64,000 nucleotides of DNA from Octopus vulgaris (taxonomy: Eukaryota), in NCBI GenBank assembly GCA_951406725.2, contig OX597831.1, forward strand, positions 68,386,001 to 68,450,000, given 5' to 3'. Below are positions 49,391 to 62,595 of the stretch, one piece after another; positions within the stretch are counted from its first letter, which is position 1; every line of letters starts with the position of its first letter. A program made the position numbers and the translations under genes. Below the pieces are notes generated by a model. It had not been told where the DNA came from. It saw only the letters and a program-made list of their open reading frames with translations, and did not search any database.

Positions 49391-49696
49391 TTGTTAGTGA
49401 TTATCCCCATCTCAACTGCGATTGAGTTTGTCTATTATCTTACTACCAAAGGTGTCGATCTATTACTAAATTAATAAGTTACAATTTGAGGGAAATTTGG
49501 CTGTTATTATTAGTGAGTTGAATGACTATGTGAGCAGCAGTGAGTAATTTTTTTCTTGTATCAGGAGCATATTACGAATGTATAAGAATTTGTAGTAATG
49601 TATCAGTTTTGAGAAAAATTACAAACCTCTATTTTACAGATTTATAAAGATGTAGTTCCTATTAAATTACTGTTTGTGTTTGAAAGGTTATTCTGT

Positions 49697-49954
49697 TATT
49701 CTTTTATTTGTTTCAGTCATTTGATTGTGACCATGTTGGAGCATCGTATTCAGTTGAACAAATCAACCCCAGGACTTATGCTTTGTAATCCTACTACTTA
49801 TTCTATCGATCTCTTTTGCTGAACTGCTAAGTTACTGGGACATAAACACACCAATGTCAGTTGTCAAGTGAAGGTGGTGAGGACAAACACAGACACACAC
49901 ATGCATCCATCCACACATACATACATACATACACATACATACATATACACACAA

Positions 49955-50001
<47 letters not shown>

Positions 50002-50163
50002 ACAGGCTTCTTTCAATTTCCATCTACCAAATCCACTTACAAGGCTTTGGTTGGCCCGAAGCTATAGTAGGAGACACTTGCCCAAGGTGCCATGCAGTGG
50101 CACTGAACCCAGAACCATGTGATTGGTAAGCAAGCTACTTACCACACAGCTACTCCTATGCCT
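49697..50163 (-). mobile_element. Family B SINE (full-length)
   Basis: Reverse complement of family B including the head. Confidence 0.88.
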
Positions 50164-50828
50164 ATTAGACAATATTTGTTTCATACAGTTGTTCAAAGGT
50201 AAATGTCAGCAAAATTTTACTTGCAAGCAATGGTTCCTTCTCTCTTGGCTTTAAGACTCTCCATCACTGGCTCAGTGTCGTTGATGTAGTTGTTGTTATT
50301 ATTGCTGTTGTTGTTATCAAGACTCAGGTAAAACCTAATCATGCCAACCTATGATCAAGAGTTTTCCTTCCAAAACGTTTCTTTGTTTTAAAAGTCTGCC
50401 TAGGAGTGGGCCAGGAATAGTTGGCTACTATTTCTAGCAGAATGAATGACCTGAAAAAGGACCCCTTGTTGGCTTGCAATCGTTGATATTCTAACTAGTG
50501 TCTCTCTGTTTATTGTCATGTTAGCATTATCTCTGTAGAATGCAGTACTGTATTTGTGTTTTGATGTGGTAAGTTTATGGTGAAACTCCTAGAAATAATG
50601 TTCATTGGACCTAATACTGCTAAGTTCTATACAGTGTGTAGATCTATAACACCTAGGACCTTAATTATATTTTCTCTGTCTTTGTTTAATTACTTTTATT
50701 GAACTCTTTAAATACCAACTCATCTGAAAGTATCAATGGACCCATGCTACCAACTGTTCTGAAACTTCCCAAGCTTGTATTCGATATATATATATATATA
50801 TGTACTTTATTTAAAAGCAGCAGAAATT

Positions 50829-50882
50829 CAACAAAACCTGATACTCGGAGTTTCACGTTCCCGTTTGTCGGACAGTTTTGTT
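50829..50882 (-). ncRNA. Minimal hammerhead-like motif forming almost the whole of an ~82-bp island between (TA)n tracts
   Basis: Minus strand AACAAAACTGT-CCGACAA-ACG-ggaa-CGT-GAAA-CTCCGAG-TA-TCAGGTTTTGTT; all three stems pair, and the core has two substitutions versus CUGANGA. Confidence 0.6.
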
Positions 50883-50892
50883 AATATATATA

Positions 50893-50963
<71 letters not shown>

Positions 50964-51007
50964 TCACACACACACATATATATATATATACATACATATA
51001 TATATAT

Positions 51008-51615
51008 ATCATCATCATCATCGTTTAGTGTCCGCTTTCCATGCTAGCATGGGTTGGACGGTTCAACTGGGGTCTGGGAAGCCAGAAGGCTGCACCAGGC
51101 CCAGTTTGATCTGGCAAGGCCAGGCAAGGCTGGCAACGGCCACGAACGGATGGTGCTTTTTACATGCCACTGGCACGAGGCCAGTCGGGGCAGCGCTGGC
51201 AACGGCCACGAACGGATGGTGGTGCCAGACGAGTCTGGCAAACGGCCACGAACGGATGGTGCTTTTTACGTGCCACCGGCACGAGGCCAGTCGGGGCGGC
51301 GCTGGCAACGGCCACATTCGGATGGTTCTCTTACATGACACCGGCACTGGTAACTCAGCTGCAATTTCCATTGATCGATTTCGATTCTGATTCTTACTTG
51401 CCTCAACAGGTCTTCACAAGTAGAGTTTTGTGTCCCAAGAAGGGAAGGTATGCATAAGTGGGCTGGCTACATCCCATGTAGAGGGCCACGGGTTATGGTC
51501 TCACTTGTCCTGCTGGGTCTTCTCACACACAGCATACTTCCAGAGGTCTCGGTCTCTAGTCATTTCCTCAGTGAGACCTAAAGTTCGAAGGTCGTGCTTC
51601 ACTACCTTGTCCCAC
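51008..51615 (-). mobile_element. Young RTE 3' fragment including ORF C-terminus
   Basis: WDKVVKHDLRTLGLTEEMTRDRDLWKYAVCEKT matches the C-terminus at 6254-6370; 3'UTR repeats and (GAT)n tail present. Confidence 0.92.
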
Positions 51616-53059
51616 ACACATATACACACACATATATATATATATACACACATATATAAATATATATATATATATATACACATACATACACACACACACA
51701 TGTATATATATTTAAGTGCTTATATTTTTGTATTGAAAAATGTTACAGTTATTTAACTAAACTTTTCCTAATCCTTGATTATTTGCAAAATTAAGCGAAA
51801 AATATATGTTGTATTTTTATATGTCTGTGAAGTCTAGTTATAGTTTACTTGGCAAATGGGAAAAATGTATCTGGATATACTATTCTCTATTGTTCTGTAT
51901 TGTATCAGAGTGGAGTAATATGGGTAATTAGTGACCCAAAGCATGAACCTTGGAATAACTGAGAGATGTGGCACCAATAATGAAAAGAAGTCATTAATGA
52001 AGAAGTTGCATAATTAACTAACTCAAGATGTTTGCAGCAGATATTACTTAAGAGGGTGTAACATCAGAATCATAAGATTTCAAGATAATATTACTATAAT
52101 ATATAACAAAGAACTTGTGACATTTACATCAGACACACTGACATCATATATTGTTTGAAACTTGCAAATACACAAACCAAAGCCATTTACAGCTGCTGGA
52201 CTTACAAATATCATGTAAGATGACACGGCAACCCTTGTTGTCAAGCATGTTAGATTGTAAAATTACTATCAACCAAGACAAAGTGCAGGATTCTTATGTC
52301 TGTGTGACAAATGTGAAACAGATGATAAGGAGAAAAATATCAAATATTTAGAAACAGTGCTGTGCTATTCATCAATTCTCTTTAGAATATTTAGATTTTT
52401 TTTTTTTTATAAATATGCCAAAGCATTCTAATAGTTTCTACTGAAATAAAGAATGTTGAAAAGAGAATAGTTGATGGTTATATCAAGTATATTAATAACA
52501 ATAGAATTTCAGCCATCAGCTTTTACCAATATCTGACAACAGACATCAGGAAATCTTTGCTTGTGGTAAGCTTAGATCTTGTACAGCAATGCCTACTACT
52601 GTTATCGTTTGTGAAGAAAAATGCTTGATTATATATTGTGTATTATATGATAGATGTCTTTGTAACACAATACAGGCCTCACTGTGTTCTTATTATCCAT
52701 TGCCTATAATCACTATGATAGAATATGATGCTTTTTACCCTCAAGGAATATAATATCTATCTATTGATCTCTGTTCACCTATTCTCAGTTTACAAAGAAA
52801 GGCATGCATGTTAGAAATAAGTATTGTGAAACACACACATACACGTGCACATATACTTTCGTAGATGACTGGCTATTACAGTGACTCAATGAAATGTTGT
52901 ATTCTAGTATTTGCAAATGTACAAATGGATTAAATGAGGAAATAATGGCAGACTTGTGTTTAAACTAGGAAGCAATGACAGTTCGTTGACAAAAGTTTAG
53001 CCAAAGTAAATCATTTCTTGAAGACATATTTTAAGGGAGAAAAAAATATTTTAAACTTA

Positions 53060-53385
53060 TGTGCTGGTGGCGCATAAAAAGCACCATCCGATCGTGGCCA
53101 TTGCCAGCCTCGCCTGGCCTCCGTGCCAGTGGCATTTAAAAAGCACCAGCCGATCATGACCGTTTACCAGTGTCGTCTGGCACCTGTGCCGGTGGCACGT
53201 AAAAAGCGCCCACTACACTCACGGAGTGGTTGGTGTTAGGAAGGGCATCCAGCCGTAGAAACATTGAGAGATCAGACTGGGCCTGGTGCAGTCTTCTGGC
53301 TTCTCAGACCCCAGTTGAACATTCCAGCCCATGCTAGCATGGAAAGCGGACATTAAACGATGATGATGATGATGATGATGATGAT
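53060..53385 (+). mobile_element. RTE 3'UTR fragment
   Basis: Tandem units, AGGAAGGGCATCCAGCCGTAGAAAC, CCCATGCTAGCATGGAAAGCGGAC..(GAT)n. Confidence 0.88.
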
Positions 53386-54099
53386 ACCTACTTTGTCATT
53401 TCAGTATAAGTAGGTTTAGGGTTTGCAATTTTAGATATTTAACACAAAGTATTTTTATAATTAATTGTCCTTCTTACTGAAAATAAGCTGATGCATGCAC
53501 AGTAATTTATTTTGACTAAAGCCAACATAATATGTTGGCTGCTACAAACATTTTGAATATTGTTATGATACAATATGTCACATGGTTGTTACTCTATATA
53601 ACTTGCTTTTGTACTGAATTAATATTTAAATAACATAGGTCATATGTTTATTAAATAAATTAGGTTGCTGCAAGCCTGTTTTTGCTTATATTAAATTTGG
53701 ATAATATCAATATAATTATAAGATTTCAAGATAATATTGCTATAAAATATAACATTTTTCATTTATAACAATTTGAGAAATTAATATTTGTGATATTCAT
53801 GTTTGAATTTACAATATACATACTCAAGCATTTTATTTATAGGTAATGATAAAATATTTGACTCAACAGACATTTCTAAAAATACTTAGATAATAGGTGC
53901 ACCTATATGATTTTGAGTGGATTGACATTATGTGAGCAGGTGCTAGGAAGTGCAGGGCACAATTAGAGAAATGCCAGTGGAGGCCTGAACTCTACGAAAG
54001 CTGAAGTTTGATGCTTTATGTTTTGTGTAATATGCCAGTCCCAACCCAAAAGCAATGAGGGTTTGAAGCTTTACCATTAGCCACAATAATATACCAAAA

Positions 54100-54900
54100 A
54101 TTGAAAGTTCACACAGAAGTTTTAATGTTTTATTACAAGTTGAGCATATGAGTAGGACCCAGTTTAGACAAATCTGTCTGGTTTAAAACTGGCCCTGCTT
54201 GTGAGTTGAATTTGGAAGATGAAAACTGTGCAAAATCCAAGAATTTAAGCCTCTTCCTTCTACTTTTCCTGTGGAAGTTTGTTGTTGATATCAGGAATTT
54301 GTAAGTGTTAATGTCTATGGGACAGATTTTCTCCACAGGTTAATCAAGTTCCTCAAATATTAGCATCAATAGTGGTACTGCAAATGTATTGTGAGATATT
54401 GTGTTGTTGTTAGATGAAAACTGAGGCTGCTAAATTTATTTTAGTTTTTGTATAACATTCATTGGTTACTCTAATTTTGTTCATGTCTCAGTGCTTGTTG
54501 CATAGAATGGGAGAGATAGAAGGACCATTGATGCAGAGATTTCCGGTTTAGGGGACAGTCTTTATATGTTCATATTGTTAAATATGAACATTTCTTTTGG
54601 CCAAATTCCATCCCTGTACCAGCAGAAAATGTTGTGACTAAATTCAGTTGCTTATGTTGGGTGTTTTATTGCTGTATGCTCTTCAAGTACCTTCCAGGTT
54701 TTCCTTCAAAGTAAGGGCATCAATAAATAGGTAGGTGCTGATGCTCCAACACATTATCACATTTCTCTATACAGTTCCCTAGTGATATTGCCAGTAGCTT
54801 TGATTATGAGAGTAGTTGTGCTTTCTTTTCCCTATTCTCAATGAAAACAAAATAAAGGACTGTGACTAAGCAATAGCTCAAAGGAGTTGGGGAAATTTTT
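54100..54900 (+). pseudogene. Possible hAT (ZMYM1-like) transposase fossil
   Basis: FRGQSL near 54545 resembles CRGQSYD; other motifs only weakly recognisable. Confidence 0.3.
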
Positions 54901-55907
54901 TCAAATTGTGGTTTTAAAATCTGTTCAAGTTGTATATATTTCAGTCATCTCTGTCAAAATAGTATACAGGAAATCTTACCTGACAGACAGGTGTAGTTAA
55001 TCTGAATGTAAACAAGCTAATACAAGGTGGAGCTGGTCTATTTAAAATCATATTGATCTCTATGGCAGATATAGTCTGATTTAGAATATCACCAGAAAGA
55101 TGACTAGCACCACAGGGAGTTGAAGAATGGTTGCTATGTGACAGTTGTTTTTCAAGCATAGAAAGTATGTGTGCGTGTATGCATGTATATATGCATATGC
55201 ATACATGCTTGTCTGTTGCTTGTTGATTGAAGTCACTAGAAAAGTGCTTGGCTTTTTGGTTAAATCAAGATAGCTCTGAGGTCTTGTGGTCATCTGAATC
55301 AGTTGCTTTATGTATATGTGTGTGCATGTGAATAACTTTCCACTCATAAATTGCGAGCACAAATTGTGAACGTGTATACTTCATTACCGTTTGTGTGTAA
55401 GTGTGTATTGTACATGTGATTGTGTTCATATTTCAGCCCAGCTACATCAAACAGAGGATCACGAGAATGTTCTAAATATTTTCACTGTCAATTGTATTTG
55501 AGGAATGTGAATCAGTTTGCTCCATTCTTTTTTTGGAGAATCCCGTATTTTCTAGCTTTTTTGCAGATTTATTGTTATATAGTTCTGTGCACCTATTATA
55601 ATTGACAAAATGGAAAATCTCTAGCCTGCATATAAAAGCTATAATTTTCTCATTAGTTCTCCAAAGATATTCTCTTTCCCCAGTTGTTGATGAGATATGA
55701 TCATCTCTAAGAAAGATGATCTCTACAACAGTACACGACTGTTGCTCCTTGTCCCATACAGCAATATTTGCCTTAATGTGCTTATTTCAAGTTGCTGTTT
55801 TTAATGGATGCTCCACCAATGTTCTTTATTTTTAAAGCTGTGGATGCATTCTTGCTCTGGTATGCCTTTGGCATGGCTGTGAGGACAATTCTTCTGGTGT
55901 ATAGCAT

Positions 55908-56311
55908 TATTCTTTTACTTGCTTCAGCCATTTGACTGTGGCTATATTGGAGCACCACCTTAGAGGGTTTTAATCGAACAAATTGACCCCAGGACTTGTC
56001 TTTTTAAGCCTAGTGCTTATTCTATCAGTCTCTTTTGCTGAATCACTAAGTTCCAGGGATGCAAACACACCAGCACAGGTTGTCAAGTGGTGACGGGGGT
56101 AAAAATACAGACACAAAGACACATACACATAGACAAATATACATATACGACAGGCTTCTTTCAGTTCCCCTCTACCAAATCTATTCACAAGGCTTTGGTC
56201 AGCCTGAGGCCATAGTAGAAGACACTTGGCCAAGGTGCCATGCAGTTGGACTGAACCTGGAACAATGTGGTTGGGAAGTAAGCTTCTTACCACACAACCA
56301 TACCTGTGCCT
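55908..56311 (-). mobile_element. Family B SINE (older, full-length)
   Basis: Colinear with the family B reverse complement. Confidence 0.82.
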
Positions 56312-58836
56312 TTGTAGATGACTTTAGTAACAATATCATGTCTCATGAGAAGATGGTACCTAATGGATATTTTTTGGATAGTTGCTGATATGGGATGCAT
56401 CTTCCACTCTGGTACAAGACAAATGATAGTTTCTATTCCAACATGCAGGTTGAAAGGCATTGCTTGTGACTTTTGCTGATCAAGTATTTAGTAAATATTT
56501 CTTGTTTATGGATGACCTTTTTCAAAGTGAGAAGTGATTTATTTATCTCAGCTCCAGCAGATGCTTCTTTCTCTTGTTAACCTTGCTGGCATTCTCTAGC
56601 TTGTATGATGTACTCATGCAGAACTTTCGGCTAGAACTGTTAGTATTTCTCTTTCAAGTCCCTGTTTAAGGAGATCAGTCAAGCTACCTTTGGTTTGCAT
56701 GGAACAGCAGTTCATTCAGATTACTTGTTCAAGAGTTTTCCCCCTAATCTTATGTACTTATTTCTCTCTTTACTGTTCAGGAGTTGTTGTCTGACACTCT
56801 AGAAAAATACCCCAAAAAACTAATAACTTTGTTTTCATCACTTCATTAAATACCAATCCTGTCACTCTCACTGCTGATGTGAAAATTACTAGTCGTTGTA
56901 AGTATCTTTCTAGTTCTGATGTCTGTCTGTAAGTATGCATGTGTGTGTGCATACATATATGCACATGTGCAGCCCTCACAAAGGGGAAGACATACACCAA
57001 TATAGCAGCTAAACTTACACAACACCACACTTGAATGGAGGATGCAGTCAGACAGGAGCCTGTAGAACTGTGACCTCTCCTGCCTACATTATTCCTTGTC
57101 TGTGTCTGCATGAATGAGGATACTATGGAAGTGCCAGTATTTGATTGTTGTAGACATACAAGATGCTCTACTTGCCACATAATATACTTTGAAAAATAGA
57201 TATTGATTAGAATAAGTATGGATTCAATATAAACAACTAAATTTCTGAAGAATAAAATAATAAATGAATATCTTTATGTCTAAAACCATAGGAAGAAAAG
57301 TGTTATCTAACGAGTGTAAATGATTAACTAGTAAGGGTGATAAAAGTGAATAAATTGGAATGTCAGTTCATAGTATGTAAGTTTGAATCTACAGTAGCAA
57401 TTTGTCATGTTTCTTGGGAGTTCTACTTTATTTCATATATGTGTACAGAGAAACATTAAAAGTCTTTTTGAAAGTTACCGGTGACTGACTCGTATACACT
57501 TTCAGAGAATTTTTTTTCTCAGATAAACTTCATAAAAGTTTAACACTGGCTATCTGGATTCATATAATTCCTGAGAGTATTAATTTTAATAAGTACTACT
57601 ACAGAATTATTTGATAAACTGGTTGTTTGATAAGCTAAGAGAGTGTGTGTTGGTCATATTGCTAAATAGATAAGACATCTGTTGTAAGATGATTACAATG
57701 TCACCATTCAGGGAAAATGATGGATAATTCACTACAAATGCCTTCCATGCTCTTTGAAGATATACACTTGGTTCATATTAATTAATTACATTGGGGCCCA
57801 TGTTCAAATTCTACTGATTTTAAACATATTACACTAATGTCAACAAATTGATGTATGTAAAACTTACAAAGCTAGCTGTACTAAAACCTGTAGTCGGATG
57901 TTAATGTTGTAGTCAGCCAATATTAATGATGATAGCATCACTGCCTCATTCTATTATGAAAGATAAATTAATGTTGATTAATGATTATAGCTTTAAAGAT
58001 TCTATACACAACCACAAATGGAGCAAGAATTTGACATCAAAGAATTCAGATAATTTAAATTATATCAAGATATAGCATGTCTTCAAATTGTCTTGGGAGA
58101 TTTCTTCGTATTAGACTGATGTAGTTATAAATACACTGCTCATGTTTACATCTTTAGAAATTAGACAAAACAAATTTTATTTGGTGAATCAAGTTTATGT
58201 AGCTTTAAACCATTGGAATGGAATTCAAAGAACTGTTACTTCTACTAGATAAATAATGTTTTAAAAGAGAACTTTTTTCAGCCTTATCAGCTAATATATT
58301 TCAGCATCTTTGATGCACATGTTTAATGTTTATATCATTTGTAAAAGATGTTGCGTTATTCTTTTCAGAATGCTCTTATGTCAAGATGATGATTGAATTT
58401 GATTTCTTTCTGGTTTCCAACATATTTCCTCTCTGACAATACTGTTAGAAATATGTTAATTAATAATGTTATTGCTTCTACTTTATTACAAATATTTCTT
58501 AGCTGGGTGATACACTCAAAGCATTATCTCAACAATTCTCATAAATCCAATTAATCTTGTCAAAATGTGAAGTTTTTAGTATTTAAACAGATGCTTAGTA
58601 CTGTGCATTTGTGTGTGCATATACCTTATAAATATTTGTATGCCAACTTGCATGTAAATATGTATATGTGTAGGTGAATGTATTTACATAAGCACATGTG
58701 TATACATATGTGAAGATGTTTGATGGTCAAGTTGATAGGGACTGTGTTGTTTCTTCATGATGTGGGAAAAACAACTTTCAGTGGACAAATCCTGAGCCTG
58801 GGTAGTAACTTTGAGGGTATATTATATATAGCTGTT

Positions 58837-59072
58837 TAAAAGGTGGCGAGCTGGCAGAAACGTTAGCACATCGAGCGAAACACTTAGCGGTATTTCGTCT
58901 GCCGTTGCGTTCTGAGTTCAAATCCTGTCAAGGTCGACTTTGCCTTTCATTCTTTTGGGGTCGATAAATTAAGTACCAGTTACGCACTGGGATCGATATA
59001 ATCGACTTAATCCGTTTGTCTGTCCTTGTTTGTCCTCTCTGTGTTTAGCCCCTTGTGGGCAGTAAAGAAATA
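58837..59072 (+). mobile_element. Family A SINE
   Basis: Full-length; 21-bp TSD GGTATATTATATATAGCTGTT at 58816-58836 and 59073-59093. Confidence 0.92.
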
Positions 59073-59459
59073 GGTATATTATATATAGCTGTTAGCAGGA
59101 GCACTGTTAAAGAATAGTCAGTTATTTATTCACTTGTAAGTCTGAGTTCATTTTTTCCCTCTAAGAAATACTACTTTTCTATCCATGAAGGGCTCATGCT
59201 ATGCTATGAAAGTCAGAGTAAAGTCCAGAATTTGAGGAAACACATGAAATCTGTGTCAGTAACAATTAATGTAAAGGAGAGTTTATGGAATGGTGAAAAG
59301 TACAGTTGTCATTACGAGACAGGAGTAATATTTTGGCCTTTCAGGAAAGGGAAGAAAAAAGATGGAGTCTTACACCTGGCTATCAGCAAAGGATGCAGAG
59401 AAAAGATGCCAATTAAGTTTGAAAACTTATGTTGTATAAATGTGTTATACTATTTTTTT

Positions 59460-59603
59460 TCTTTTATTCTCTTACTTGTTTCAGTTATTTGACTGCAGCC
59501 ATGCTGGAGCACTACCTTTAATTGAACAAATCAACCCCAGGACTTATTCTTTGTAAGCTTAGTACTTATTCTATTGGTCTCTTTTGCCAAACTGCTAAGT
59601 GAC
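59460..59603 (-). mobile_element. Family B SINE 3' tail
   Basis: CTTACTTGTTTCAG..CCATGCTGGAGCAC..GGACTTATTCTTTGTAAGC. Confidence 0.8.
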
Positions 59604-62062
59604 TATGTATATATGTCATAAATAAATCCCTTTTAAATATTTTTACTTTATTAAATAATTTATGCTATGCAATTCAGGATACTGTGATAGTTAAGAATTA
59701 AATTATCAATAGCACTTATGCATCACTGAACATTGGGTTCTTGGATATTATTGTAAGATATTCCTGGAAAACAAAATCCATTAATTTCCCAACTTTCCAT
59801 GACAAAACAAATTAGTTCTTATTTTTGCCAAGAAAGAAACATTGCAAGTATTGAAAAATTTTATCTCATGAAGTGCTTTAGTTGACCACTTAAATTATCA
59901 AAGAATATATTGAAATCTATCTGTATGGTTGACTTTAAGCAACAAACCATGACTGCTGCTTTAGCATGTTTAAATATCTGATATATCAAAGTCATGGAAC
60001 CAGAGAAATGAAAAGTGAACAAAAGGAAATTTTCTGATAAAATATTAATATAGACATTGAAACTCGACTATGTTCAGGTTTCTTGTAAACATCACTTAAA
60101 AGAATTATATTTACCGAGTGGAATATTGTTTAACCCAGACATAATGGTTGTCTAGGTTAAAGATGTCCCTGGATAATTTCACTCATTCATTCTCTTAACT
60201 TTTATCATAAAACTAAAAATATTCTATGCCAAAAAACCTCAGTACAGTAATGATTGAGCAGAGGATGCCTAAACATATATTGTCACAACTCGTGGTCAGA
60301 TGTTAATGAAAACTGGCAGAATGTCAGTTTCAATGTCTGTAAATTGATACATGCCTTATGGACCACTTAGATACAGCTCATAACAATAAATAGCAAAGGA
60401 GTGTCCTTCAATAGCATGTGGTCATACCAGAAGTATAGCATAGAAGTGGATGAATTCTGCTGGGGTGATTTCTCTTAGATTCACTATGGAAAAATGTAAG
60501 TGTTGTATGGGATGTACTGTAGGTCTTTTATATTCTCTCATCATGTGAGATAAATTCATTTTTTGCCTTTCCATAACTTAGATAGAGAAAGATAGACAGT
60601 GCCCATATCTTTCCACTTTAATTCTAAAGAGATAACAAGTCGAGGTTTGCATCTTTAAAGGCGGAGAAATGCAGAAGACCAGTGTACATGACGAGCATGC
60701 AATTCTAAAATGAAAGGATTGTGCAAACAAATTAATATGTGGCCTTCTCTGTGGTGAGAGAGTAGAAATGACAAGAGGAGAAGTAGAAGTAGTCCATGGG
60801 TTTAGGCAGCAATCTATATATATATATATATTCCAATAATCTGAAATGCCAAAATCGAACAGTTCGAGGTATTATCCTGAGAATCTAGAAGTACAAAATA
60901 AACCACATATTTGTGTGAGAAATTGAAATCTCAGCTTTTTGTGAAGAAAGTCCCTAAGGAAAGAGTTGTTGAAGCTAGAAACAAATTTACAGGTTGTTTG
61001 CAAATGACAGGAAATACATTCAGATCACACAGAGAAACATTTTAATTTAAATATCAAAAGCCAGTTGTCTTGTAGAATTTGACACCAGATCCATTATTGA
61101 TAAAACAAAAATGACAGAATATAGAGAGAGATCTTTGAAAATATTGCATGTTTCTTTTAACAGTTTGCATATATGAATATGCCTACTTAAGTTCATGAAT
61201 AATTTATATTCACATATCTATGTCTGAATAATATTGCATGGATGGTTAACACACACACACACACACACACACAATCTATCAATGTATATAAAGAAAATGT
61301 GTATGAAGTAACAACTACTGAAATAAATTGCTTTAGTCATGCATAAATATGTCATGTATACCCAGTGACTATTTGCTGACAAAATCAACATACATACATA
61401 CATATATACATACAGACATTTACATGTATATATATATATAAATATGTGTGTGTATCAGTGTGTATATAAATATTCACACATGCACACACACACACACACA
61501 CACTTACACACACACATATAAATATATATATATATATATATATATGCATTTATATATATTTATATACACATTTATATATGTATGTTCATAAATATATATA
61601 TATATATATTCACATATGCTTAAAGTCAATATAAACAGCCAGGCACAATGTGATGCCATAAAGGAAGAATACAATCGTCACGAAGTGCAGCTAAGGGAAT
61701 TAGCCGACCATGAAACCACTTGAACAGTCACTGATGATGCCTACAGTCATAGACAAAACTAGCCCCAATCTGCTCGGTCCTCCACATGGCCATAGGGTGG
61801 TTACCTCCCCTGTCAGCATAACTAAACATTTGCATTCTTCCTACAGCTTTAAGTGTATTTTAACTTGTTTTTCTAGCAATGTAGGTGTTTCGGCACCCTT
61901 AGTCACACTTAGTGATGATTGCATATTCACATATATATACATATATATGTGTATATATTCATGCACACACACATGCACACACACACATACACACATATCA
62001 TTATCATCATAGTTTAACGTCAGTCTTCCATACTATTATGGGTATAAATACACACACATACA

Positions 62063-62115
<53 letters not shown>

Positions 62116-62122
62116 AGGCAGA

Positions 62123-62520
62123 GGCATGGGGCGTGGATGTGTATTAAGAAGCTTGCTTCCCAACCACATGCTTCTGGGTTCAGTCCCACTGCATGGCACC
62201 TTGGGCAAGTATCTTCCGCTATACCCACTGGCTGACCAAAGCCTTATGAGTGGATTTGATAGAGAGGAACTGAAAGAAGCCCGTTGTGTATATACATATG
62301 TATATATTTAAGTGTGTGTTTTTGTGTCTATGTTTCCCCCCTCACCACTATCACTTGACAACTGATGTTGATGCATTTATGTCCCTGTAACTTAGCAGTT
62401 CGGCAAAAGAGACCAATAGAATAAGTACTAGGCCGACAAAGATTTCTTCCACTAAAACCCTTTAAGGTGGTGCTCCAGCATGGCTGCAGTCAAATGACTG
62501 AAAAAAGCAAAAGAATAAAA

Positions 62521-62523
<3 letters not shown>
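62123..62523 (+). mobile_element. Family B SINE
   Basis: GGGTTCAGTCCCACTGCATGGCACCTTGGGCAAG..GGTGCTCCAGCATGGCTGCAGTCAAATGACTG. Confidence 0.85.
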
Positions 62524-62593
<70 letters not shown>

Positions 62594-62595
<2 letters not shown>

